NCBI GenBank assembly: GCA_903929885.1
Contig: CAIYWI010000074.1
Location: forward strand, 3,868 to 67,867
Origin: an uncultured Phycisphaerales bacterium
Lineage (GTDB): Bacteria; Planctomycetota; Phycisphaerae; Phycisphaerales; UBA1924
Reading direction: 5' to 3'
DNA: 64,000 nt
Shown: piece after piece, positions 55,651 through 64,000 of the stretch
How positions within the stretch are numbered: the stretch's first letter is position 1
Layout: the number at the start of each line of letters is the position of its first letter
Translations under genes and position numbers: made by a program
Notes under the pieces: model-generated
The model's input: the letters and a program-made list of their open reading frames with translations, nothing else
The model's database searches: none
Told to the model about the DNA's origin: nothing

Positions 55651-58305
55651 GTGAAGCAGATCAAGAACATCGGCGGTGCGCGTGGATGGACGATCGCGGC
55701 GCTCCTGACGGGGTGCTGCGGGACGGGCGTGGGCATGGCCCAGCCCTTCCAGGCCACGCCCGAGCCCCCCAAGGCCGATGGCGCACCGGTGACGACCCCG
55801 CCGGGCGTCGGCTCGGGCATCGGGCCGGGCGCGACCAACGCGGCAACCAAGGCGGCGCCCGAAGCGCCGGCGATCGTCGCGACGGGCGGCGTCGACGCCG
55901 CGTCGACCGGCGACGACGAGATGATCACGCTGGCGGCCTTCAGCGAGCCCGTGCAACTCACCGCGCTGGTGAACCTGCTGGCGGCGACGCTGGGCGTGAA
56001 CGTCTCGATCATCGGGAATCTCGACGGCACGGTGGCGTTCAACGCCGCGGTGCCGGTGAAGAAGTCGGAGTTGACCAAGCTGGTCGATTCGCTCCTGGGC
56101 CAATCGGGATGGACGATCACCCAGGACCCGCAGACCGGGTGGTATCTGGTGATGCAAGAGGGCAGCGTGCCCATGAACTTCAAGGGGGAGATCGCCACCA
56201 CGCGCGTCTTCTCGACGCCCAACGTTCGACCGAGCGTGCTCCAGGCCACCATCGCCTCGCAGTTGGGCGGCGGAGGCGTTCCCGGGCAGCCCGCGCCCGG
56301 CGGCGGGAAGCTGCAGGCCTTCGACGAGTTGGGCATCATCATCGCCACCGACTCGCCCAGGCGTCTCGATCAGATCAACGAACTGATCACTCGCATCATC
56401 GAGGAATACAACAAGGCCCAGTTCATCCGCATCGAGCTTCAGCACCTGGCGGCCGCGGCGGCCCGGGAGCGGGTGATGCAACTGCTCGGGCAGGCGACCC
56501 AAGGCGGCATGGACCCCGCCATGCAGGGCCAGCCCCGCCAGCCCCAGGCCCAGCCCGGCATGGCCGGCGGCGGCTCGCTGGAAAACCTCAGCGACCGCCT
56601 GACCGTCGACCCGCAGGGCAACGCACTCATCTTCCGGGGCATGGAGCAGGAGATCGCGCAGATCGAGTCGCTGCTCAAGGTGATCGACGTCCCCAACACG
56701 CTCAAGCCCAAGAGCTTCTTCGCCGGCTCGAACGCGGCCCAGATCGCGGCCTTCGCGCAGGCCAAGGGCTATGGCGAGGTGACGACCATCGGCGAGGCGA
56801 ACCTCGACCAGAACGCCGCCGCCGGCGGGCAGCAGGCCTTCCAGAACAACCTCCAGCAGGGCGGCCGCCCGGGCGGCCAGTTCGGCGCAGGTCGCACGGC
56901 CGGGATCGGCGGCCCGATGCTGGTGGTGGACGAAGCCAACGGCAACATCATCTACTACGGCACGCCCACGCAGCACGACCAGTTGCAGGTGCTGATCGAG
57001 CAGCTCGACATCCAGTCCGAGCGCATCGTCATCCAGGAGTACAAGCTCAAGAACAGCAAGGCCGAGGACGTCGCCGACGTGGTGATGGGCCTGCTCAACA
57101 ACCAGTCGCTGGTGGGCGACTCCTCGCTGATGCCCGACGGCGGGCTGGGCGGCGGCTCGATGGGCCGCAGCGGCTTCGGGTCGGGCTTCGGCAACGGGTT
57201 CAGCGGGGGTTCGAGCCGTCTTCGCAACTCGAGGCGGCTGTCGCAGCCCGCCGCCCAGACCTCGCCCGTCCCCGGCAAGGGCGGCGGCGAGGGGCTTGAA
57301 CTCGACGGCACCAACGCCTTCGTGATCGCCGACGTCAAGAACAACCAGATCCTGGTGAAGGCCCCGCAGGCCCGCCAGAACGACTTCCGCAAGCTCATCG
57401 AGAAGATCGACCTGCGGCGCCCGCAGGTGTACCTCGAGGTGAGGATCGTCGCCGTGACGTGGAGCGACACCCTGCGACTGGCCTTCGAGACGCAACTCAT
57501 CAACGCCCAGGGCACGGGCGGCCTGCTCCAGACCAACTTCGGCCTGACCAGCGCTGGCCAGAACGCGTCGATCATCGATCGTCGCAACGTGGCCACGGGC
57601 CTGGGCGGCCTGACGGCGGCGATCGTCAAGAGCGACCAGATCCCCATCGTCGTCACGGCCCTGCAGACCAAGGCCGACACGAGGATCCTCTCGAGCCCCT
57701 CGCTGCTGGTCGACGACAACGAGGAAGCCGAGATCATGAGCGTCGAGCAGCAGCCCTACTCGACGACGCAGGTGACCACGGGCGCGCCCAACACGACGAG
57801 CTTTGGCGGCTACGAGAGCGCGGGCACCAAGCTCAACATCACCCCCAGCATCAGCGAGGACGGCTACATCAAGCTGGCCTACGAGACCGAACTCTCGAGC
57901 TTCACCGGCCAGGGCACCAACGGGTCGCCCCCGCCCAAGCTCGAGAACAACGTGAAGGCCGCCAGTCTCACCGTCCCGTCGGACTCGACGGTGGTCGTGG
58001 GCGGGCTGAACGTCGACACGCGTCGCACGACGCGCGTGCAGGTGCCCCTGCTGGGCGACATCCCCATCATCGGCCAACTCTTCCAGGACTACAACCGCAC
58101 CGGCCAGACCACGACGCTCTACGTCTTCATCACGCCCAGGATCATGCGCGAACCGAACTTCGCCGACCTGCACCTGCTCAGTGAAGGACCGCAGAAGCGA
58201 GCGAACATCGAGACCGACCTGCCCCGCCTCAAGCCCACGGCCATCACCATCGACGCCGGGCCGATCGCGACCCCCGCCCCGGCCGCCACCGAGGCGGGAT
58301 CCTGA
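55651..58305 (+). CDS. gspD: type II secretion system secretin (GspD family)
   Basis: GTG at 55651 with GGAG 7 nt upstream, within ORF 55483..58305. Signal/lipobox-like TIAALLTGCCG. Secretin C-domain is ILSSPSLLVDDNEEAEI...GTKLNITPSISEDGYIKL...VVVGGL...VPLLGDIPIIGQLF...LYVFITPRI. Confidence 0.88.
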   Translation: MKQIKNIGGARGWTIAALLTGCCGTGVGMAQPFQATPEPPKADGAPVTTPPGVGSGIGPGATNAATKAAPEAPAIVATGGVDAASTGDDEMITLAAFSEPVQLTALVNLLAATLGVNVSIIGNLDGTVAFNAAVPVKKSELTKLVDSLLGQSGWTITQDPQTGWYLVMQEGSVPMNFKGEIATTRVFSTPNVRPSVLQATIASQLGGGGVPGQPAPGGGKLQAFDELGIIIATDSPRRLDQINELITRIIEEYNKAQFIRIELQHLAAAAARERVMQLLGQATQGGMDPAMQGQPRQPQAQPGMAGGGSLENLSDRLTVDPQGNALIFRGMEQEIAQIESLLKVIDVPNTLKPKSFFAGSNAAQIAAFAQAKGYGEVTTIGEANLDQNAAAGGQQAFQNNLQQGGRPGGQFGAGRTAGIGGPMLVVDEANGNIIYYGTPTQHDQLQVLIEQLDIQSERIVIQEYKLKNSKAEDVADVVMGLLNNQSLVGDSSLMPDGGLGGGSMGRSGFGSGFGNGFSGGSSRLRNSRRLSQPAAQTSPVPGKGGGEGLELDGTNAFVIADVKNNQILVKAPQARQNDFRKLIEKIDLRRPQVYLEVRIVAVTWSDTLRLAFETQLINAQGTGGLLQTNFGLTSAGQNASIIDRRNVATGLGGLTAAIVKSDQIPIVVTALQTKADTRILSSPSLLVDDNEEAEIMSVEQQPYSTTQVTTGAPNTTSFGGYESAGTKLNITPSISEDGYIKLAYETELSSFTGQGTNGSPPPKLENNVKAASLTVPSDSTVVVGGLNVDTRRTTRVQVPLLGDIPIIGQLFQDYNRTGQTTTLYVFITPRIMREPNFADLHLLSEGPQKRANIETDLPRLKPTAITIDAGPIATPAPAATEAGS

Positions 58306-58341
58306 CCACCTCTCCCAAGGTTCGCGGCACGCCGACACGCC

Positions 58342-60060
58342 ATGGCATCCAACCGACCCAATCAACTCTCCTCCGCCCCGGCGCGACGCGTCGACAACGC
58401 CGCGGCCGCCTCCGCGGGCGGCGCGAATGAACTCGCGCGCGTCTCGCAACTCTTCGGACAACTGCCGATCACGGCCGAGCAGGCCCGCCAGTTCCCGCAG
58501 GTCGACGGCTCGGACGAAGAGCCGTGGGACGTCATGCTCTCCATGATGGCCCTCGACGAGCACCAGGCCCTCACGCTGCTGAGCCAGCGAACGGGCCTGC
58601 GGTTCGTCGCCGAGCCGCGGGGAAGCGAATCGGCCACGCGGTTCTACGAGGCGGTGCCCCCCGAAGTGGCCCGCCGCCACCACTGCGCCGGCCTCGAGAG
58701 CGACGGCACCGTGATGACGGTGGCCACGGCGCAGCCGATGCAGCCCGCGACGTTCAACGTCCTCGAGGACCTCCTGAACATGCCGGTGCGGCTGGTCCTC
58801 TCGCCTCGCGGCGCGGTGGCCAACCTGATCAACCGCGGGTATGAGCAGAAGCAGGACCTGGTCACCGAGATCATCGAGGAGATGCCCCTCGACGAGCGGG
58901 CCATCGCCGCCGCCGCGGGGTCCGCCGGCCAGTCGACCGACCTGCTGCAACTCGCCCGCCAGACGCCCGTGATCCGTCTGGTGAACATGATCCTCTTCGA
59001 GGCGCTCCGCCGCCGCGCCAGCGACGTGCACGTGCACCCGATGGAGACGAAGCTGGTCATCCGCTTCCGCATCGACGGCATGCTGGTGGACGCCTTCAGT
59101 CCCCCGTTGACGCTCGCCAGCGCGATCTCCTCGCGCCTGAAGGTGATGACCGAACTCGACATCGCCAACCGCCACACGCCCCAGGACGGTCACACCTCCG
59201 TCCGCGTGGGGTCGCGCAAGGTCGACATCCGCTTCTCGTGCATCCCCACCGTCTACGGCGAGCGACTGGTGCTCCGTCTGCTCGATCAGACCGCCACCCA
59301 GCTCTCGCTCGACGAGATCGGCATGACGCGCCCGATGCAGTCGCAGCTGCTCGACCTGGTCGAGCGGCCCACGGGCATCATCCTCGTCACCGGCCCCACC
59401 GGCAGCGGCAAAACGACGACGCTCTACGCGGCCCTCTCTCGCATCGACCGCTCGAGCCGCAACGTCATGACCATCGAGGACCCGGTCGAGTACCACCTCG
59501 AGGGCATCAGCCAGATGCAGGTCAACGTCAAGCGGGGCGTGACCTTCGCCACCGGCCTTCGCGCCCTCTTGCGTCAGGACCCCGACGTGATCCTCGTGGG
59601 CGAAATCCGCGACAGCGAGACGGCGCAACTGGCCATCCAGGCCTCGCTCACGGGCCACCTGGTGCTCGCGACGCTCCACACCAACGACGCCCCCAGCGCG
59701 ATCCCGCGTCTGGTGGACATCGGCATCGAGCCCTATCTCGTCACCTCGTCGCTCCTGGCCGTGCTGGGTCAGCGATTGCTCCGCCGTCGCTGCCAGGTCT
59801 GCCACGGATCGGCTCAAGGCGCCGGCGGTCTGGCCGTCTGCGAGCAGTGCTTCGGGACCGGCTACAAGGGACGCCTGGCCGTCTACGAGATCATGACGAT
59901 GGATGACGAGCTTCGGGTGCTGACCGGCGCCCGGGCCGACGCCGTGACGCTCTACGAGAAGGCCCGCGAAAGGGGCTTCCGTCCGATGCGAGACGACGCG
60001 ATGGAGAAGGTCCGGCTGGGCCTGACCGACGAGGCCGAGGTCTTCCGCGTGCTGCACTGA
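58342..60060 (+). CDS. gspE: GspE/PulE-family secretion ATPase
   Basis: 572 aa. T2SSE_N-like N-domain, Walker A GPTGSGKTTT, Asp box, Walker B VILVGEIRD, His box ATLHTND, and tetracysteine CQVC...CEQC. Confidence 0.9.
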   Translation: MASNRPNQLSSAPARRVDNAAAASAGGANELARVSQLFGQLPITAEQARQFPQVDGSDEEPWDVMLSMMALDEHQALTLLSQRTGLRFVAEPRGSESATRFYEAVPPEVARRHHCAGLESDGTVMTVATAQPMQPATFNVLEDLLNMPVRLVLSPRGAVANLINRGYEQKQDLVTEIIEEMPLDERAIAAAAGSAGQSTDLLQLARQTPVIRLVNMILFEALRRRASDVHVHPMETKLVIRFRIDGMLVDAFSPPLTLASAISSRLKVMTELDIANRHTPQDGHTSVRVGSRKVDIRFSCIPTVYGERLVLRLLDQTATQLSLDEIGMTRPMQSQLLDLVERPTGIILVTGPTGSGKTTTLYAALSRIDRSSRNVMTIEDPVEYHLEGISQMQVNVKRGVTFATGLRALLRQDPDVILVGEIRDSETAQLAIQASLTGHLVLATLHTNDAPSAIPRLVDIGIEPYLVTSSLLAVLGQRLLRRRCQVCHGSAQGAGGLAVCEQCFGTGYKGRLAVYEIMTMDDELRVLTGARADAVTLYEKARERGFRPMRDDAMEKVRLGLTDEAEVFRVLH

Positions 60061-60093
60061 GCCGTCCGCACGCCGAGTTCAGTCCGCACGCAT

Positions 60094-61305
60094 TCAGTCG
60101 ACGCGGCGGCCGAGCACGAAGGCCGCCACCATCCACCCCACGGCCGCCAGCACCGAGCCCAGCAGGAAGCTCAGGCCGGGCACGTCCGCGCCCAGTCGCC
60201 CCGAGATCGCCAGCGTGAAGGCCCAGCTGCCCACCAAGGGGCCGATGATCTGCGCCACGCACTGCAGGCCGGTCAGCGCGCCCTGCACCGACCCCTGTCG
60301 CGAGGCCTCGACGCTCTTGGTGATGATCGCCTGTGCCGCGGGCTGGGCGATGCCCCCCAGCGTGGCCACCGCGATGGCGGCGTAGATCATCCACCCTTGC
60401 GTCGCCAAGCCGTACCCCGCGTACGCAATCACGCCCATCGCCAACCCCAGCAGCACCGACGTCCGCTCGCCCAGGGCCGGAATGACGCGACGGGCCAACC
60501 CTCCCTGCACGATCGCCGCGCCCAGCCCCACCGCCGTCAGCGAGAAGCCGACCTCCCGCGGGCCCCAGCCGTAGCGGTGGCCCGTGTAGAGCACCCAGGT
60601 CGCGTGCAGGCCGAACTGCGCGAGGTTGGCGAAGAAGCCCGCGGCGGCCAGTCCGATCACCCGCGGGTGCTCGAAAAGGCCCGCGAACGCGCCCACCGGA
60701 TTCGCCCTCGACCAGGACCAGTCGCCCCGACGCTCCTTGGGAAGCGATTCGGGCAGCACGAACATCCCGTAGAGCCAGTTGCACAGCGTGAGGCCCGCGG
60801 CGACATAGAAGGGCAGCCGAATGTCGATCTCGCCCAGCATGCCGCCCGCCAGCGGGCCCAGGATGAACCCAAGCCCGAAGGCCGCCCCCATCATGCCGTA
60901 GCCAGCCGCCCGCTTCTCGGGCGTGGTGACGTCCGCGATGTACGCGCTGGCCACCGTGATGCTCGCGCCGGAGAGGCCGTTGATGACGCGCGTGACGAAC
61001 AGGAGGGGCACGGTCGGGGCCAAGGCCATGGCGACGTAGTCGAGGCCCGAGCCCAGCAGGGCCACGAGCAGGACCGGCCGGCGTCCGAAACGGTCGGAGA
61101 GGGCCCCCAGCATGGGGGCGAACAGGAACTGCATCGCCGCGTAGGTGGCGGCGAGCATCCCCACGATGGGGGCGGCATCCTGCTCCGTGCCCCCTTGCAG
61201 TTCCTGGATGAGGCGAGGGGCCACCGGGATGAGCAGGCCGAAGCCCAGCACGTCGAGCAGCAGGGTCAGGAAGATGAAGCTCAGGGCCGGGGTGCGGGCG
61301 GTCAC
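60094..61305 (-). CDS. MFS transporter, TetA/TCR-like (12 TM)
   Basis: 403 aa. LLDVLGFGLLIPV, GALSDRFGRRPVLL (MFS motif A), and GPLAGGMLG. Confidence 0.85.
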   Translation of the reverse strand: MTARTPALSFIFLTLLLDVLGFGLLIPVAPRLIQELQGGTEQDAAPIVGMLAATYAAMQFLFAPMLGALSDRFGRRPVLLVALLGSGLDYVAMALAPTVPLLFVTRVINGLSGASITVASAYIADVTTPEKRAAGYGMMGAAFGLGFILGPLAGGMLGEIDIRLPFYVAAGLTLCNWLYGMFVLPESLPKERRGDWSWSRANPVGAFAGLFEHPRVIGLAAAGFFANLAQFGLHATWVLYTGHRYGWGPREVGFSLTAVGLGAAIVQGGLARRVIPALGERTSVLLGLAMGVIAYAGYGLATQGWMIYAAIAVATLGGIAQPAAQAIITKSVEASRQGSVQGALTGLQCVAQIIGPLVGSWAFTLAISGRLGADVPGLSFLLGSVLAAVGWMVAAFVLGRRVD

Positions 61306-61406
61306 GCGGGGTCTCGAGGGTGGTGCGGGTTCAATCCTACCCGGGGTGCCGCTGCGGGCCGGATCACCTTCAGGTGGTGGCCCGGATCTCCGATAGACCT
61401 ATCTGG

Positions 61407-62006
61407 ATGGGTCACGGCGTCCATGCTCGCGAGCAGTACACGGTCCTGGGGACGCGGTGGTCGCGTTCGGACACGAGCTTCCGGGTCGAGGGCCCGGACG
61501 GGTCCCTCAAGGCCTTCTGCCCCCACAAGGCGTTCAATCCCAAGGAAGACATCCGGCTCTTCACGGACCAGACCTGCGGCAAGGAGTCGTTCGTGATCAC
61601 CGCCCGCAAGGTGATCGACTTCGGCGTCACGCACGATGTCTTCGTGGGCGACGACGGCCCCCTCCTGGGCAGTTATCGCCGCCAACGGGGGGCGTCGACC
61701 AACGCGCAGGACACATGGGATCTGCTCTCGGTGGACGGCAGGGTGATCGCGACGTTGACGGAGGAGCCCGGCATGTCGACGTTCCTGCGACGCTGGGCCG
61801 ACTTTACCGCCTTCCTCGCCCCGCGCTCGTACCTGCTGACGCGACCCGGCGGCAAGCCGGTGGCCCGCTTCAACGCGCACTTCGGCCCCTTCGTGTACCG
61901 ACTGGGCCTCTCGATCGCGCCCGGCCACTCGCACCCGGACCTGCCCGACCTGCTGATTCTCGCGGGCGGGTGTTTGATCGCCGCCATCGATGGACGATCG
62001 GAGTGA
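61407..62006 (+). CDS. hypothetical protein (possibly LURP-one/scramblase-like beta-barrel)
   Basis: ATG at 61407 within ORF 61320..62006, with good G/C at third positions. The fold assignment is only an impression from the alternating beta pattern. Confidence 0.5.
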   Translation: MGHGVHAREQYTVLGTRWSRSDTSFRVEGPDGSLKAFCPHKAFNPKEDIRLFTDQTCGKESFVITARKVIDFGVTHDVFVGDDGPLLGSYRRQRGASTNAQDTWDLLSVDGRVIATLTEEPGMSTFLRRWADFTAFLAPRSYLLTRPGGKPVARFNAHFGPFVYRLGLSIAPGHSHPDLPDLLILAGGCLIAAIDGRSE

Positions 62007-62071
62007 TCGCGACGGCGGTCCCCTTCGCTCCGCGGCCGGACCCCCCCGCCACCACGAATAACATCGTCGCT

Positions 62072-62156
62072 GGCCCCGTGGCGGAACGGCAGACGCAGCG
62101 GACTTAAAATCCGCTTCTCGGAAACGGGAGTGTGGGTTCAAGTCCCACCGGGGCCA
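62072..62156 (+). tRNA. tRNA-Leu (anticodon UAA)
   Basis: Hand-folded cloverleaf. Acceptor stem ggccccg/cggggcc, anticodon stem gcgga/tccgc with loop cTTAAaa (anticodon TAA at 62105..62107), long variable arm (class II), T-arm gtggg-ttcaagt-cccac, discriminator A. CCA is not encoded. Confidence 0.9.
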
Positions 62157-62168
62157 CTTCGCTCCGAC

Positions 62169-63464
62169 TCACGATGGCCGCTCCCGACGCAGCGGCAGCA
62201 TCTCGAGTCGCGTGAAGGACTTCCACGCCCACTCCAGCGGGCCCGTCCGGAACCGCGCCAGCCACACGACCGACGCGGAAAGCAAGACCAACCACACGCC
62301 CGGCACCAGCGCCCACCACCACTCCATCGGCACCGAGCCGAAGAGGCCCAGGCCCCAGTGCTGCATCAGCAGCGACATCAGGAACGACACGCCCAGGTAG
62401 CCCGTCAGGCCCATCGAGCCCAGGCCCGCCACCGATCGCACCCACGCGGCGTCGCGGAACCTCGCCGCCACCCGCAGGCCGACCACGAGGTAGAGCAGAC
62501 TCACCACGGGCCCGCCAACCTGCACAAGTAACATCGCCCCGGCGTGGAGCGACGGCGCCTCCGGCTTCGCCATGGCCCACGCGACCACGAGTTGCGCGGG
62601 GAGCGCCACCAGCGCGCCCAGACCGATGGCCCACCGTTCGAACCCGGGCATCGCGCCCGTGAAGAATCCGCCCTTCCACAACGCCGCGCCAAGACAGAAG
62701 CAGGCGGCCACCTGCGGCACCATGATCAACAAGGAAAAGGCCAGGGTGAAGAGGTACAGGAAGCCCCGCAACCCGACCGCCTGTCCGAAGGGCCCCTCGA
62801 CGAAGACCCGTCGCTCGAACTCGCCAAGCCGCGGATCGAAGCCCGTGTCGCCCGGTGCGTAGGTGCGGAGGATCTCCATGAGCGACCCCGCCGCCGCCGG
62901 AGCGGCCCCATCGGGTTTGGGCGGTGCATCCTGCCCGCCCATCAGCGTGAGCGCGACGAAGATCAGCGTCCCGAACATGCCCACGATGAAGCACCCGCCC
63001 GCCACCGCGGCGAGCGTCCTCGCGCTGCACCGGGCGAGCGGGATCATCGCCATGCCGACCATCGCGTACAGCAGCAGGATGTCACCGTACCAGATCAGCA
63101 GCAGGTGCAGCACGCCCATCAACGCCAGCATCGCGAACCGGCGGGCGAGCATCCAGCCCGCCGACGCGTTCCGGCGCTGCGCCGACTCGATCATCATCGC
63201 CACCCCCACGCCGAACAGGAGCGAGTAGAGCGGGTAGAACTTGCCGGCGCAGAAGGTCGTGCTGAACCAGTGAAAGGCCGCGGCGAGCCACGATGCGCCC
63301 TCCGGCAACGCGGGCTGGACCATCCGCTCGAAACTCGACGCGAACATCGTCACGTTCACGAACGTGATGCCCAGCAAGGCCACGCCCCGCACGAAGTCGA
63401 GGCCAATCAGGCGGGAGCCGGAAGTGTCCGCGGTCATGTCGGAAGGGTACTGCATCGGCTTCAC
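62169..63464 (-). CDS. DUF418 (YeiB-like) membrane protein
   Basis: 431 aa, about 10 hydrophobic spans. The N-terminal RLIGLDFVRGVALLGITFVN...FSLLFGVG pattern is typical of DUF418/DUF1624 acyltransferase-like membrane proteins. Confidence 0.75.
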   Translation of the reverse strand: MKPMQYPSDMTADTSGSRLIGLDFVRGVALLGITFVNVTMFASSFERMVQPALPEGASWLAAAFHWFSTTFCAGKFYPLYSLLFGVGVAMMIESAQRRNASAGWMLARRFAMLALMGVLHLLLIWYGDILLLYAMVGMAMIPLARCSARTLAAVAGGCFIVGMFGTLIFVALTLMGGQDAPPKPDGAAPAAAGSLMEILRTYAPGDTGFDPRLGEFERRVFVEGPFGQAVGLRGFLYLFTLAFSLLIMVPQVAACFCLGAALWKGGFFTGAMPGFERWAIGLGALVALPAQLVVAWAMAKPEAPSLHAGAMLLVQVGGPVVSLLYLVVGLRVAARFRDAAWVRSVAGLGSMGLTGYLGVSFLMSLLMQHWGLGLFGSVPMEWWWALVPGVWLVLLSASVVWLARFRTGPLEWAWKSFTRLEMLPLRRERPS

Positions 63465-63497
63465 CCTTGGGAAACCCGGCGAGACGGTTTCGAGGCG

Positions 63498-64000
63498 TCA
63501 CCGCCTTGCCACACGGGCCCCGGCCACGTGCTCTTTCCAGAGCCCGCGAATCAACGCCTCGAAGTCCCTCGCAAACCGCGGCGCGTCGCACAGGGGCGAG
63601 GCGGCCATGCGCGCCCGCAGCGACCCGCGAAGGGCCGCCAGCCGCGGGCGGTCGCCGGCCAGCGTGGTGGCGATGGCGACGTACTCGTCGATGTCGGGGG
63701 CGATCAACTCGGAGAGGCCCAGCAAGGTGTTGATCGACGCCCCCACCCTCGCCCGGTGCACGTTGCCCAGCAGCGTCACCACCGGCACGCCCATCCACGA
63801 GGCCTCGCAGGTCGTGGTCGTGCCGTTGTACGGGAAGGCGTCGAGGGCGATGTCGATGCCCTGGTAGAGCGAGAGGTGCGACCGCGTGTCGGGCACGTAG
63901 TCGCTCGCGACGATGCGCGAGGCCTCGATGCCCCGCGACGTGAAGCGGGCCTTGGCCAGGTCCTGCAGTTCGCCCGTCATCATCCGCGACTTGATCGCCA
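63498..64000 (-). CDS. SPINDLY-type O-GlcNAc transferase-like (GT41) protein, C-terminal part; the gene continues past the window end
   Basis: DIALDAFPYNGTTTTCEASWMGVPVVTLLG...RVGASINTLLGLSELIAPDIDEYVAIATTLAGDRPRLAALRGSLRARMAASPLCD matches the conserved GT41 C-terminus. The frame is open to nt 64000. Confidence 0.8.
   Translation of the reverse strand, partial: AIKSRMMTGELQDLAKARFTSRGIEASRIVASDYVPDTRSHLSLYQGIDIALDAFPYNGTTTTCEASWMGVPVVTLLGNVHRARVGASINTLLGLSELIAPDIDEYVAIATTLAGDRPRLAALRGSLRARMAASPLCDAPRFARDFEALIRGLWKEHVAGARVARR

Noticed and set aside
53767-60057. Uninterrupted 2096-aa ORF on the minus strand spanning 6.3 kb
   Set aside because: It runs antisense to gspD and gspE, which both have unmistakable family motifs, and out of frame through the histidine kinase. 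Its translation is Arg/Gly/Asp/His-rich with no recognisable motif. Long stop-free antisense frames are expected at about 70% GC.
62000-62200. tRNA-Leu as an integration site for a genomic island or prophage
   Set aside because: There is no integrase, no phage or transposase genes on either side, and I found no direct repeat of the tRNA 3' end in the window.

Overview
High-GC bacterial chromosomal segment (about 65-73% G+C by hand counts on single lines). Gene content points to Planctomycetota, Phycisphaerae-like; this is an inference from the many proteins ending in a GC-type dockerin-like module, a PEP-CTERM-like tail, DUF1844 and gspD/gspE pairs. I call about 47 protein genes and one tRNA-Leu(UAA). 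I saw no rRNA, CRISPR, transposase, integrase or phage genes.

Housekeeping genes:
- queD/queC
- sdhCAB (single cytochrome b558 type)
- ftsH, pgeF, nnrD
- an S41 C-terminal processing protease
- a parvulin/SurA-like lipoprotein
- an HU-like protein
- a TrmH-family methyltransferase

The accessory, cell-surface content is more interesting:
- A two-partner secretion pair: a 738-aa TpsB plus a 2198-aa TpsA. The TpsA has an unrecognised helical C-terminal domain and an orphan ABC permease downstream.
- Four unrelated secreted proteins that share a Cys-bracketed EF-hand/dockerin-like C-terminal module ending in -GGC.
- A PEP-CTERM-like protein whose cargo-domain end resembles that of one GGC protein.
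- A GH56 (hyaluronidase)-like protein with a (PPEPPA)n tract.
- Many glycosyltransferases (GT2, GT2-TPR, GT4, GT39, a GT4-GT2 fusion, a SPINDLY-type OGT).
- A gspD-gspE pair divergent from a histidine kinase.
- An orphan Dam-type methyltransferase.
- A roughly 570-nt mosaic of direct and inverted ~150-nt repeats between two convergent genes.

None of these matches a known defence or mobile system. The very long ORFs in the track that lie antisense to, or frame-shifted against, these genes are treated as high-GC artefacts. All functional calls come from motif recognition by eye, and no searches were run.
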